Notes under the pieces: model-generated
Told to the model about the DNA's origin: nothing
The model's input: only the letters and a program-made list of their open reading frames with translations
The model's database searches: none
Part shown: piece by piece, positions 39,601 to 49,700 of the stretch
Layout of the letters: every line of letters begins with the position of its first letter
Numbering within the stretch: position 1 is the first letter of the stretch
Translations under genes and position numbers: made by a program
Origin: a virus
DNA length: 64,000 nt
Virus record (IMG/VR): IMGVR_UViG_3300023296_000332
Location: 4,939 to 68,938 of that record
Strand: one strand, 5' to 3'

Positions 39601-40686
39601 CAAGATTTCTCTAAGAATATCTCTGAGATTGAAAACGCTCTTAATAAGGCACAGTCTGACGTTAGTAGTGGTAAGTTTGACGGAGATCCATCAGGATTAG
39701 CAGAGCAGCAAGATACCATCAATGATCTTAACAAGGCTATGCAACAACAGACTTCTACTATTAGAGACACAGTGAAAGCCAAGCAAGACGAATTAGAACT
39801 TATCGGAAGAAAGAACAAGCTTGAAAAAGACTCTATCGACAGTTTAATTAAGGGCGACATTGCAGACTTCTTTAAGAAGCAATCTGCTGTGGGTGCTACC
39901 GCTGCGGCTGCTAGTGGAGACGACAGACTTATTGGACTCTTTGGTGCTAGTGCTATCGGAGAGGCCCTAGATGACGTACAGTCTCAAAAAGGGGCTGGCG
40001 TAACCAGTCTTTATGGGCAAGATATTGGTTCTCTTCAAGAAAACCTTAGAACTTTTGGACTAAAAATGAGAGGGTTTGACGCAGAGGAAGCTAGATCTGC
40101 TGCTAGGTCAGTAGGTGGAAATAGCCCACAAGAGCAAAGAATCAACGCAGAAACAAGAGGACTTGGTGGAAACTTAAAGCAATTATCTGGAGCACAAAAT
40201 AGAGTATCTCGAACTGCTGTTAGAGGTGGAGAAGAGGTAACTAGAAGAATTGGAGAAAGGTTCCAAGATGACGTTAGAAAAACTCTAACTACTCCTGAAA
40301 CCCCAGTTCCAGTCGCCCCAACCCCTGTTGCCGCCGCTTCCGCTGCTGCTGCTACCGCAACTACTGCAACCACTGGAGAAGCTGGAGCGGCTAGTCCTTC
40401 TGGAGTACCGACTGGGGCAACCCCTACTGGATCTGATGGCCCAACGCCTTCTTACTTCTCAGACAATGATGTGAAAAACTTTAAGATCTTCTTAGAGGCT
40501 ACTCAAAAGTTATCTGCTGCTGTAGAGAAGCTTGCTAATTCAAAGATTCATGTTCAGGTTGATCCTATGACTGTCACATTAAATGTTACTGGTCCAGATT
40601 TATTAGATTATGTTTCCAAGGCCGCTAGAAATGCAGTTGCCGACGAAGTTAGAAACCAGATTAGAACCATGAAGGAAGGAATATAG
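33700..40686 (+). CDS. Tail tape measure protein
   Basis: N-terminal TP901-like TMP core (FEREM..V..V...L.QAG...A..F...SGESIATGL.TIF.RL), long coiled coils, glycine-zipper segments and DT..A...GEFVV motifs. Confidence 0.88.
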   Translation: MSDKFLLIAELQIRGPANMAEARRRIKGGLSDINLDVNIRGATRAKSDVDKVTKATRKAQRASADLGRTVAISLKRFATYSVATRLVGLLTTGLASAVSEAISFEREMLKVSQVSGKTLRQLSGLSDEVTRLATEFGVASDSLLGVTRILTQAGLSADETKTALEALAKSELAPTFENITQTAEGAVAIFNQFKEGAGALEEQLGSINAVSGKFAVESGDLISAVRRVGGVFKASGGSLEELLALFTSIRSTTRESGESIATGLRTIFVRLQRPRTLDFLKEMGVNLRDLEGKFVGPYEAIRRMNKEFGKFEGGDPRFIKVAEEIAGFRQIGRVIPLLQQFKVAQDALDVAKGGKDSLTKDALAAQASLAVRIVKVKQEFLALVREIYNSPVFQAMADSTIRLLSALIKVGDALKNIIPLLGVFAGIKLAKTAVGFVGNVAKNLASPKGFSEGGGIGQKSGVPYGVAGSPDDTLIHAQTGEFVVKKSSASKLGLGALNYLNKHGEIPQFNQGGSVGMKKSEVIQKSFDRNEDSSVLSSLAEADSVMKDFLDSMKKWGAMFQGIAKEGIADISKSDPGLEGATYPDGGIGVAIGRTNKFTVPHETAHQVDRRMGERSPGIDFESSQYASGQGGTFQNAITEKLKPILKKQLQKEKASADEISYRLENEEIFADLMAKTVPVARAILVHTTSAEKGLAQLAKLVERDGNIPGLAGLSSEKIAKVPRKKSFKKPSYFYAGGKVGNEKYDGSDPMFPARGRDTQRAMLAPGEFVVNNVGVGLLGPNFLSQANKGKKPTGPSPLYAFNGGYVSNGVSYLATGNESAKKDSFNFRGKRDRVGNRRDIKDEFDSVIKSFSGLNPVLAELSKTVLVFTRDLPSQGSGSSDPNTSAIYPRIPLGPKPTRPGGPKVVEPEREEEKEQTSSFGGILDGFSGKMVAAGIGFSAVTSVINGLVESGSELADKFNAIQEAVLKFGTTFAIYYQILKKAKEYEASQKADKEQKETEVKLKIEQEGYDNRQIDLKSILGNAIMERDDLINKAAQQDELAKQAVVKRDTAQGVKSGFVASRDVYQANVDSKKSEISDQEDSIKTVQDRIARKRAKISSNEEFSKNYSRSRQTQDRRTLANSGASRRAKEEASKRIGRVTKDNPKLERSIKADENIIKRKNALLAKEEKLLAQEQANVHAQARKITGVDRSIAGHESERISRQTKRNDYESQARKADYEVQRAENEIDPEDIQDSAQFSSRRRGDSLSRSERAKRAGSRTGFGGKSRFGRQLSRSPILNGFKGLGGAAKGLVSKMGGLSGVMGFAGAGIAALAQAVSAVADYMQTKFLAKAEKNLESGDYDSFRSNSTKAAQAGRVSGIAQGVGNGALGGAAAGAAIGSFTPVGLVGGAAIGAVVGGIGGGLYSASGDNRDFAGEAGVETAIMEDALKKASESLVDFSKGVIDINDLLSQQNKSALASDSAFFKKSKIEADERVSKVDDGRSTFQKVTDAIGTAVANVRDGFKAVFSGDFWSAIGDSIKSGFRTVSDYVLDSLYEVGLYFASFVNEDAAEELEKIQQGRALVAKQKKQIAAQVTDEEERGFKTNLITDRGSKIQTLEAIEDNDKLTVAEKGDARNTLLQNTKSEFEERKAKIAERADLDGKGGVDTIAEKAIEKKLLGIANEQYEDTISSLRASINTQDELTALRNQIVQAESASLAGTSRLNAASVTLENSMGMADGTLSSFAANLNTIEAAKTNTGLSGQANSAITENVNSGLKSFGIKKSDDSQLAKQVIKEAKFQQESNTLFDKVSQDFANLKVTGLDPNTKASDAAGKFSTIVNAATGFDPKSGKEDSTLGKQMKELFRSNIIAEAGRAGGVVDPAKLEEARRKTMEQLQPLLKASTKTLEAFSAALQKLDAFKLQRLQKQIELENELVNVRLSGIDLNQEADKLIESAGGPKAKSDTDVAIQRQNLLNKEAGVAEISGPQDFSKNISEIENALNKAQSDVSSGKFDGDPSGLAEQQDTINDLNKAMQQQTSTIRDTVKAKQDELELIGRKNKLEKDSIDSLIKGDIADFFKKQSAVGATAAAASGDDRLIGLFGASAIGEALDDVQSQKGAGVTSLYGQDIGSLQENLRTFGLKMRGFDAEEARSAARSVGGNSPQEQRINAETRGLGGNLKQLSGAQNRVSRTAVRGGEEVTRRIGERFQDDVRKTLTTPETPVPVAPTPVAAASAAAATATTATTGEAGAASPSGVPTGATPTGSDGPTPSYFSDNDVKNFKIFLEATQKLSAAVEKLANSKIHVQVDPMTVTLNVTGPDLLDYVSKAARNAVADEVRNQIRTMKEGI

Positions 40687-40692
40687 TAAAAG

Positions 40693-40701
40693 GTGTATAA
40701 T
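40693..40701 (+). promoter_or_regulatory. GTGTATAAT putative late promoter
   Basis: Intergenic, between the TMP and the 3705-aa gene. Confidence 0.7.
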
Positions 40702-40739
40702 CTAGTGTCAAACGTTATTCAGGATTAGAGGAAATCGGT

Positions 40740-43700
40740 ATGAATTGCTGTCTACAGCCAATCAAGACTAAAAAGTCTCCTGGGTCTAAGGTTAAGGCCC
40801 ATCTAAGTATAAGGTCAAAGAATAAAGCTACACTCAAAGCTGTAGCTACTATCAAACCTACAAACACCAACCTACCTAGCTTAATCCCTACCATTAAGGG
40901 TTCTGCTAAGGTTGATGCTGTATTGTCGATTAGGCTTGCGGCCAAGTCTGCTCTCACCAGCAAGGCTAAGCTAAGACCTCACCTAAGTCAAATCTTCAAT
41001 CTGAGCAAAGAACTAGTCGCCCAAGCTGAAATAAAGGCCAAGGCTGCTAAGTTTGCTGGCGATTTCAGACCTAACGACTGCTATGACAAGCTATACCCCA
41101 CTCAAGATTTAGAGAAGGTAAACTGGGAAGGGTATCAAATTAGCCCTCTAGTATCAAGGGATGGTTATAGGATAATAAGTAGGACTGAAGAGAACATTTA
41201 TTTAAAAAAATTAAGTCTTGATCTCTACTCTTTAATAGACGAAGGTGTGTATGCGGGTGACTACCATTTGCACGAAAAACAGTCCGATTCTCTCTTTTCT
41301 TACCAGGGCTTCATTAAGTCTTCTGATGACTCAGACCATACAAAATACACGACTAGTATGAGTCTACCGTCTGTGTCATTCACAGAGAGTTACGTCGTAT
41401 TTAACGCACAGGCTTTTAACTCTAAGCAAAAGATCTATGAGATTGAATTTAGAGATGAAGAAGACAATCTAATCTGCGAGTATGAAGATATCGAGTTTGT
41501 TGGTGACAACTACCCAACTATGTACTCTTCCAAACCTAGAATTAACAATGGTGCCCAGTATACATGGTCTGCTGAGTACCCAAAAATCCCATCATCTGGC
41601 TGCACCCTTAGTTTCAAGACGCAAGCTTCTTGCATTGAGGACGCTGACGGCTTTGACGATGGATTCGATCAGGGATTTGAGCGATGCTCTACCCTTTACA
41701 GTCCTGAAATTAGAATCTCTGCCGTTGAAATTTGCAACAGTGGTGACTTTGGATTCAGACATGAGAACTTCTTGCCAGTTTCCGTTGGTGTTAGAGAAAA
41801 AGGAGACAGACTAACTAGGAAAATTGAACCTAGTAAAGTTTTGCCCCACAACTTCTCTACCGACGTTTGGCCAGAGGTTCAGACCATTTGGGAAAACACA
41901 TACGGATATTCTAATCTTACTGAGCCCCAAGGTAGGGTTTTGGCTAATGATTTAAGTAAGCCGTATGACTATTCTAACATAACCCTTACAAGCTCTAGTG
42001 TACAAGACTCTGGAAAGCTAAACCTATTATTTGAACACAAGCCTCAAGAATTTGTATTTGGATTCAATGGTGGTGCTTTTGGATTAGGTTTTGATCATAA
42101 AGAGTTTGAAGTCGGTAGGGCATTTAAGGAAAAAGCTAGCGATGATTTCTTTGTAGTAGACGAGATCTACTTAAAGATTAGAGCTAAGAAAGAAGTTGGA
42201 TCAAGAGACTATGCCCTTGACGTAGTCGGGTGGAGCGATGACAACCTATTGAACGTAACTTCTCAGGTTGGTGGATTCTTACAAAACACAACTGGAACCG
42301 GAGTTGTACCAGTTGAGTCGGGATGGAACAATTTAGACAACGAAGGAATCTCATCAGAATCACTCTCCGAGCAGGATGAATACTATGAACATGAAACGGT
42401 TCAGGGTCATGGTTCGGATCACTATAAGCTATCTCCAACTATTGTTGACTCGACTGGCTATAGAGATTACGAAGTTCCACTGGTAATAGAAGTAGACGAG
42501 TTCAAGCTTGGGCTTCAAGATAGATCGAGTGCTTCGTTCTTCGAGAAGCTTTTCCTCGATATTTATCCTCTACCTAGCGGTGCTAGTATTTCTAGTGCCG
42601 AACTATGTGTAAAATATACTCCTTCTAACGCTCTTCAATTTACAACCCTTGCTGGTGGTATTTCAAGAATTGAGCTAGATAGAAAAGAAGGAAAATTCTT
42701 CCCAACGACTAGAACTGTCAATGACTTGCCAGTGAACAGGGAGGCTACGTCCTTAATTGAAAGCGTTCCACACGGATATGAGAGTCCCGCCACCCTAAAG
42801 AGCAACTACGCTAGAAGATGGCGTGGTGTTGAGGGGATTACAAGCGGCCCATTCGATACGAATGCTTTCGACTTTGGATTTGAGAGCCATCAATTAGACT
42901 CTCCGTTCTTACTGGGGCACTTTGACTTCACTAACATTAGTGGGGACTCTGTATTCTCAAGACCAATGAACGACCTAAGTACGACTGTTGGTACTTCTGT
43001 TGGAATCTCAGCAGAGCAAAATGTAGGCTTTAGATTCAAGAGTCCTACTTTAGTAAATACAAGCAATACATATCAGTCTATTGATTGGAACGGCAAGACC
43101 GTAGACGCTTACGATAGCGTTACTAGACTTGCTAATAACATCTCATTTCCTGCACAGGACTTCTCAGAGGGCTTTGCCTTTTACTTGAGGTTCTCTCCAG
43201 ATGAAAACGCAACCGGCACTCCTACCGTATTGCTCAAAGATGGAGTTTCTATTGCATTCAATCATGACACTAATCAGTTCTCTGCTACCGTTTCTGGTGG
43301 CGGATCTGTAAGCTCTAGTGCCCAGCCCGATGCGGTCTTCCCCGCTTCTGTCGTGTTCACATATAACGACGCAGGTTCAGGAAAAGCTAAGCTCTATGTT
43401 AAGTATGAAAACAAGGATATCGAGAAGTCTCAAATTCCTAGTTTCTCAAGGGTTGATACTCCTGGTCAAATTCTTGTAGCTCCAGCTAATAATCTTTATC
43501 ATGAAATTGGAATCTCTGCTGGTAATGGCTCTGGCGTAAACCTAGTCGATGGCGACGAAGTTTCGCCCAACCCTATTTACAAGCAGCAAACAGTACAGAG
43601 TTTCTTAAACGCACAATCAGTTCATTGGACTGACTCTAATGGCGTATGGAGTGACGACTCCTACGTCTTGCCAAGCTATATCGACGGAGACACATTAGAT

Positions 43701-46700
43701 TGGAACCTAGGGGCATTTAACTGGAAACAGTTCACCCCTCACGAATTCGAGATGTTCACGCAGCGTATCGGAAAAGACGCAATCAACTTTAGACTAGTTG
43801 GGGACGGAGTGCCCTATGTTAATAAGACAGACTTGCCCTTCCCGTCTACCATTGATTCTGCCGTCAGTTATCACACACAGATAGAGAATGACTTCCTTAG
43901 AATTAACCTGACAGATTCTTTTCCTAATTTTTACTCAGCCTCTCCGAGAATTGCCAAAGCTCTTCCTCGTGGCTATCACTTCGACGAGAAGTCTATTGTG
44001 GTTGACAGTATCATTAGCTACGCACAGTCTGGAGAGATTGTGTGGCCCGACGGAAACGTTGGCCCTAAGCTTATCGTATCTGTTTACACTAGAAACCAAG
44101 AAGACGAAGAGATCGGTACTCACAACTGGGGCTTGGTTAATAGAAAGTCTCACTACCTAAATCCTAACAACAGGTGGTCTAAGTTAGAGACTACTTTTGA
44201 CCTAGAATCTTTGCTTGACGAAAGTGAGAAGTGGTCCGTATTCCCCGAAGAGAAGAGGCTAAGCGAGTTCAATCATAGGTACTTTTCTAAAGATGCCGAC
44301 GAGATGTTCTTGCAGTATGACCTCGTGACTCCATCTGGCGACGGGTTTGAGATTAACCTAAATATCCACTCAGCTAATCTGAGAATGGAAAATGCTTTCG
44401 TTAAGCCTACACTGGTGGACCAAGCTTTGAATGTGTTTACTAGCGGAGAGTTCTACTCTTATTCGCCAATGCCTCTGTATGTTGACCCAATTGGTCTCGA
44501 AATAGAAAGCATGAATCTATACATGTCTGGAGTTCCAACTCCAGTAGACCTTGGTGCTGTTAATCTTTCTACTTCTGGTGCTTACTTTGAGACTTCTCAA
44601 ATGTCAATGCACTTAGTAAACAAAGAGACAGTAGAAAACAGTGGACTACCTATTGCGACAAGTGGGAACTATCGCGTTGAAGCGGAAATGAACTTGGTTT
44701 CGTTTAATGACGACCCAGTTCTCCCTTCTGAGATGTTCCTGCCTCTCCACATGTTTGGTAGTGCCACTAATGCAGATCTTTCAAGAAGTATTTCTATGAC
44801 TGCTTATAGCTCTTTATCTAGTAGCCAGGGTGCCCTAAGTGGCGTCTTGCCTATGAAGATGGTTGCTTCTCGTGGCTTCCAAGATGTATTTGCCGATAAC
44901 GCTATGCCGCTATTCACAGACCCCCCTACGGAGTTTGGAGATAGTATGAACCTAGTGCTGTTTGGAAGAGAGAACGAAGGGTTGAAAACAGACTCATTCA
45001 TGAACTTGTATAACAAGTGCTTCCCAGCGGTTTACTTGAATGGTAGCGGAGATTCTTATATCTCTTGGAACAACAGAAACGTTGGACGAAACACCGAAGA
45101 GATTGACGAGGGGCTATTGACTGTTCCTTCTATTGATCTTATTAGAGGTACGCAAACTATCTGTTGGGGTGATTGCTCTGCTGTAGATGACAACCCATGC
45201 GTCGAGCAAGACATCATTACTCACGATACAAATTGGGCCAACAAAGAGTGCGTTGACGGAGGCATCCTTAGACCTAGTACAACATACTCTAATTCTGAGA
45301 CGCTGGCTTTTGGTGGCGTTGGTGTTAATCGTTACTTATTAGATGCTTTTGATAACTATATATTAGACTCTGCTGGAAACAAAATTATTTGTGGTCGTAT
45401 AAGTGGCTATGGCGATTCTTACAAGGGTCACTTCTACGGCTCCAGAAAGTATCAGGGATTATTCCCCAACACTCCTTACACAATCACCGTCGTTGGAAAG
45501 ACCGGAGACAAGAAATCTATCGCCCTTCCTCCTAAGTTTGAAGAGTGGGAATACGGTACGCTTGGAGATATTGACTTTGAAGGATTCAAGCACGTTGCAG
45601 AAGAAAGACACGATGGCGATCTTTACGGGAAGTGCGTGAAGGTTAAGGGTGAGATCATGGGAGTTGGTGCTCCAGGTCATGACTTGGGCATCTACAAAGA
45701 AGCTGGTGCCATTTTCCTTTACAGAAGACAAGAAGAGGAAGGTGGAGAAAAGAAGCCTTGGGATCTTGAGACTAAGCTTACACTTCCTTCTGGGTTTATT
45801 GGTGACTGGTACTACGACAGGGGTGGAAAGATTTCGTTCCCAGGTATCGGTACGATCCCAGAGAAGCAGTGGAACATTGGACAAGAGGGCCGAGAACTTG
45901 GTCACTCGTTTGATATCGCTGTAACTAAAGATAGAGAAGTCATTGTGGCGGGTGGCCCTGGTGCTAAGTGGGACACTAGAGGCTTTGAAGAGATTGAAAC
46001 ATCTGGCGTTAATGTTGCTATCATGGTGTTCAATAATGAGTTCTCATACGATCAAGACCAAATTAAAGAGATAATGGACAATATTGACATCCACAATTTC
46101 CTTTACAAGCACTTTGCAGAGCCAGCGGTAAACATTAACTTAAAGATCATCAGTTGCATTCCAACAGGAATCTTTGACCAAAGTGTATACACCGAGCCTG
46201 GAATTGAAAATCTGATTGTAGGAACTATCCCTAGGGCAATCCCTAGCAAGCCAGAAGACCCAGCGGTAACCGCTGAGATGCTTAGTGGAATTAAGAGTAG
46301 CTTCTTTGAGGCTTTCCCTTATGATGAAACACAGGTCAACAATAATATTCCTCCTATTGTTGGCTTCTACGTTGACAATAGTAGGTCTCTTGGTAGACCG
46401 GTAGTTGAGCCAGCTATCGATCAGTTCGTCAACTTCTACAAAAACTACTCATTCCAAAGTGGAGTGAGAGATTTCTATGACAATCCTGCAAGCGGATACA
46501 TTTATGAGTACACTCCAACAGACGAAGACCAGGGTGAAGACTGGTTCAAGATCTCCAACAATCTTGTCAATAACTTACTCGACACTGGAAACCTATACGA
46601 TGGTGGACATCACACCCTCATTACTTCTGGTATTGGCCTTGAGTTCGCTAATGAGCAAGCTATTGACTTTAACCTAAGCCCAGAAAGTGGCGGTAGAGTT

Positions 46701-49700
46701 TATGTTTTTGAAAAAGAGTTTGGCGATTGGAGCTTAATGCAAGAGATCAAATCTCCCGTTTCTGCACCTGACAAACTACCAGCAAGATTTGGCCACGCCG
46801 TTTCTATCAGTGACGACGCCTCTGTTTTCTCTATAGGTTCTCCTTTTATTAGAGAGTCGTGCTCGATGTATCAATTTGCAGACGGAGAGAGAAACAGGCT
46901 ATACGACAACATTGGAAGATGGTTAAAGTTCAGAAATGACGCAACTGTTACTCTTGGACAGTACTACAATAGACTTGCCGAGTATCAGGAGCTTGAGGTT
47001 GCATCTGGAGTCAGAGAAGCTGGAATGTCTATCTATGCAGATCTAAGCAGAACAGATAAGTTCAAAGCTAGATCAGACTATGATTTCTGGAGAAATAACC
47101 ACATTCAAGAATACAGAAAGGTTTTCAAGTATGGACTTGATGATATTGAGCGTGGACTAGAAGGCACATTCACAAAGACAATGCGTCAGAATGCCCCCAA
47201 CCCTAGACTTGGTTACAGCACTGCTGTTAGCGAGGATGGTCAGACTGTGGCTTTTGGTGCCCCTACCGACAGCATTGGTCAATACGAAGATGCCGCATTC
47301 TACTTCTTACACAAGGATGGAGAGTATCTATCTGAAAGTGGAGATCCAGAGTTCCCTAGAAGCCTGTGGGCCTCTAATGTAAATGCTGGTGCCGTTAGAA
47401 TGTTTGAGAAAGGTCAAGACTTTGAGCCCATCTCTGAGAGAAAGGCGCTTGAGTACAACAAATTTGGAAACTTGAGTAATACCATAAACAACACAGAAGG
47501 ATACGACGACGAAGGCAATGAGACAAATAGTACTGCCATTAGTCAAAACGAATACTACGACAAGACTGACTTTGGTGATGTTTCAATTCCTAAGGATGTT
47601 GGATCTATTTTCATTATCACGCCTGAAATTGACGCTGCAAACGACGAAGTCATTGAAGAGATTAAGCAATGGATGAGTCTTGGCGATAGAAGGTTAGTAT
47701 TGGTTGGAGACGACCCAGTATGGGAGAAGAATGGAGCATACGCAAAGTCTAACGAGATCATTAACAAGATTCTTGACAAGTTAGATTCTCGAATGAGACT
47801 ACATCCAGCTAGAAACGAAAGAGAGGCCCTTATTGCTAATACCTCTTGTTCTGGTGAGATCGCCCCTAATGTTATCAAGTCTTACAAGCCTCAGGGTAGT
47901 AACAGTAGCAACATAGAAATTGAAAATCACTTGTTTGGATACGGCGTTGCCGACATTCGACTTCATGTTCCAGACGCACTCTTCAAAGGAGACAACTGGG
48001 GCAAGGATCATAGCGTTGTAAACAATAAGAGATATGGCAATTGCTCGTTTTATAGTCCTAAGTGTGGACCTCCTATCACCCACAACGGAGACTTGAGAGC
48101 TAGATGGATCGAAAGAGAGATTAAGTTCCCACCCGATCCAGAAGCCAAAGATCCATACACATACTGGGAGAGAAATCTTCCCTTTGAATTCTATAGTAAT
48201 GGACTTCCACCAGTGAAGCCTAAAGATGCTGTTGACATCGCTAAAGACCTTAGTCTAGGCGGTCAGGGCGAGCAGCCTAGACCTCTTATGGTCGCTGCTG
48301 AGTTTACAGAGAATTACGCAATCATTCCAGCTAAGCCTGAGGTTGTTGCTAGAATTCCTATTACTGAGACTACTTGCTTTGATTCTAACAGTTCTAACAC
48401 CTACTACTTGTTTGACGACAACCACGTAGACGACTTGGCTTTCTACTGGATGCAGGGTAGCGGCAATCAAAACTCCCTAGACGCTAATGTTGGAAACAAT
48501 CAAAGTGAAGGACGATTTTATGATCCTCAGTCGTTTAACGAAAGGGACGCATTGCTACAGGCAGACGGAACGCTAGACATTCAGGTTACAAGAGAAGAAT
48601 TGACTGAAAGATTCCAAGTTGGAGATCCTGTCAATTATGTAGCTAAAGAATCAATTTCTGGTTCTGATGTTTACTTGATTGCTGGTACTGACACTGAAAA
48701 TCAAGAAGCCTTGACTACTGGCAACGACGAAAATATTTCGTTCTATGACAACCTAGTTAGAAACGCAAACTGCGACAACGCATTTATTATTCAGCTTGGA
48801 GGATGGACTGGTAGAGATTCGTTTGCTAGTGCTGGTGAAGGTTCGCTATTAGACAAGGTTTTTGAAGCGATGGGTCACAATTTGGTAGAGAATTGGGATG
48901 GTCCTATCGTTCCTGCTTCTAAGGATGTTCTTTGGATTGCTAATACAGATGGAGAGCCTACCTCTCAAGAGGTTTCCAAGATCAAAACTTGGTTAGCACT
49001 TGGCGGCAAGAAGCTTGTCATCACATATGACAAGAAAGAAGAGCAATCTTCTAAAGTTTATAGACTATGTGAAAGCCTGGGACTAGGTATGAAACCTTGG
49101 TATCTTTCAGGTGCTAATGTCTTCCCAACTACCGCAAACAGAGCTTATATCTCAAGAAAGAAACTGGACGTTCTACTAGACGAAAAAGACCAGTCTATTA
49201 TTAGCTGTGATGGAGAATTCTCTGTAGAGAACTTTACAATCAACTCAACTTACTGCCCTATCGATCTAAGATCTGGCGGAAAGGCTATTGTATGGCAAGA
49301 TGGAATTGTTAAAGATGAAAGACTCCAAGTAACAGAAGAGTATGAGGACGTTTGGAGTATGAACACTGGCGTTGCTAAGATTCAGTTCCCAGCCACTCCT
49401 GGTTCTGGATATAGAATCTTCTATAACTGGATTGCAGACAGGCCGGAAGAGAAGCAAAACATCGACCTGTACGCTGGAGACGTGCTTCATAAAATCTCAG
49501 ACAAGACAAGGGCTGGAAATCCAGACACACTGAGCATTGAAGGAAGAGTTCCAGTTAGAGATTACGATGAAAACAGAGATCTAAAAATAGTAGATTACGC
49601 ATCTACTAGAGCTATCAAGTTAGAATCGCCCTCTTTTGGTACTGCTGTATCACAGGGGTATTTGGACGTTCAAGTTCCTAGCGATAAAGACTACCTGAAC

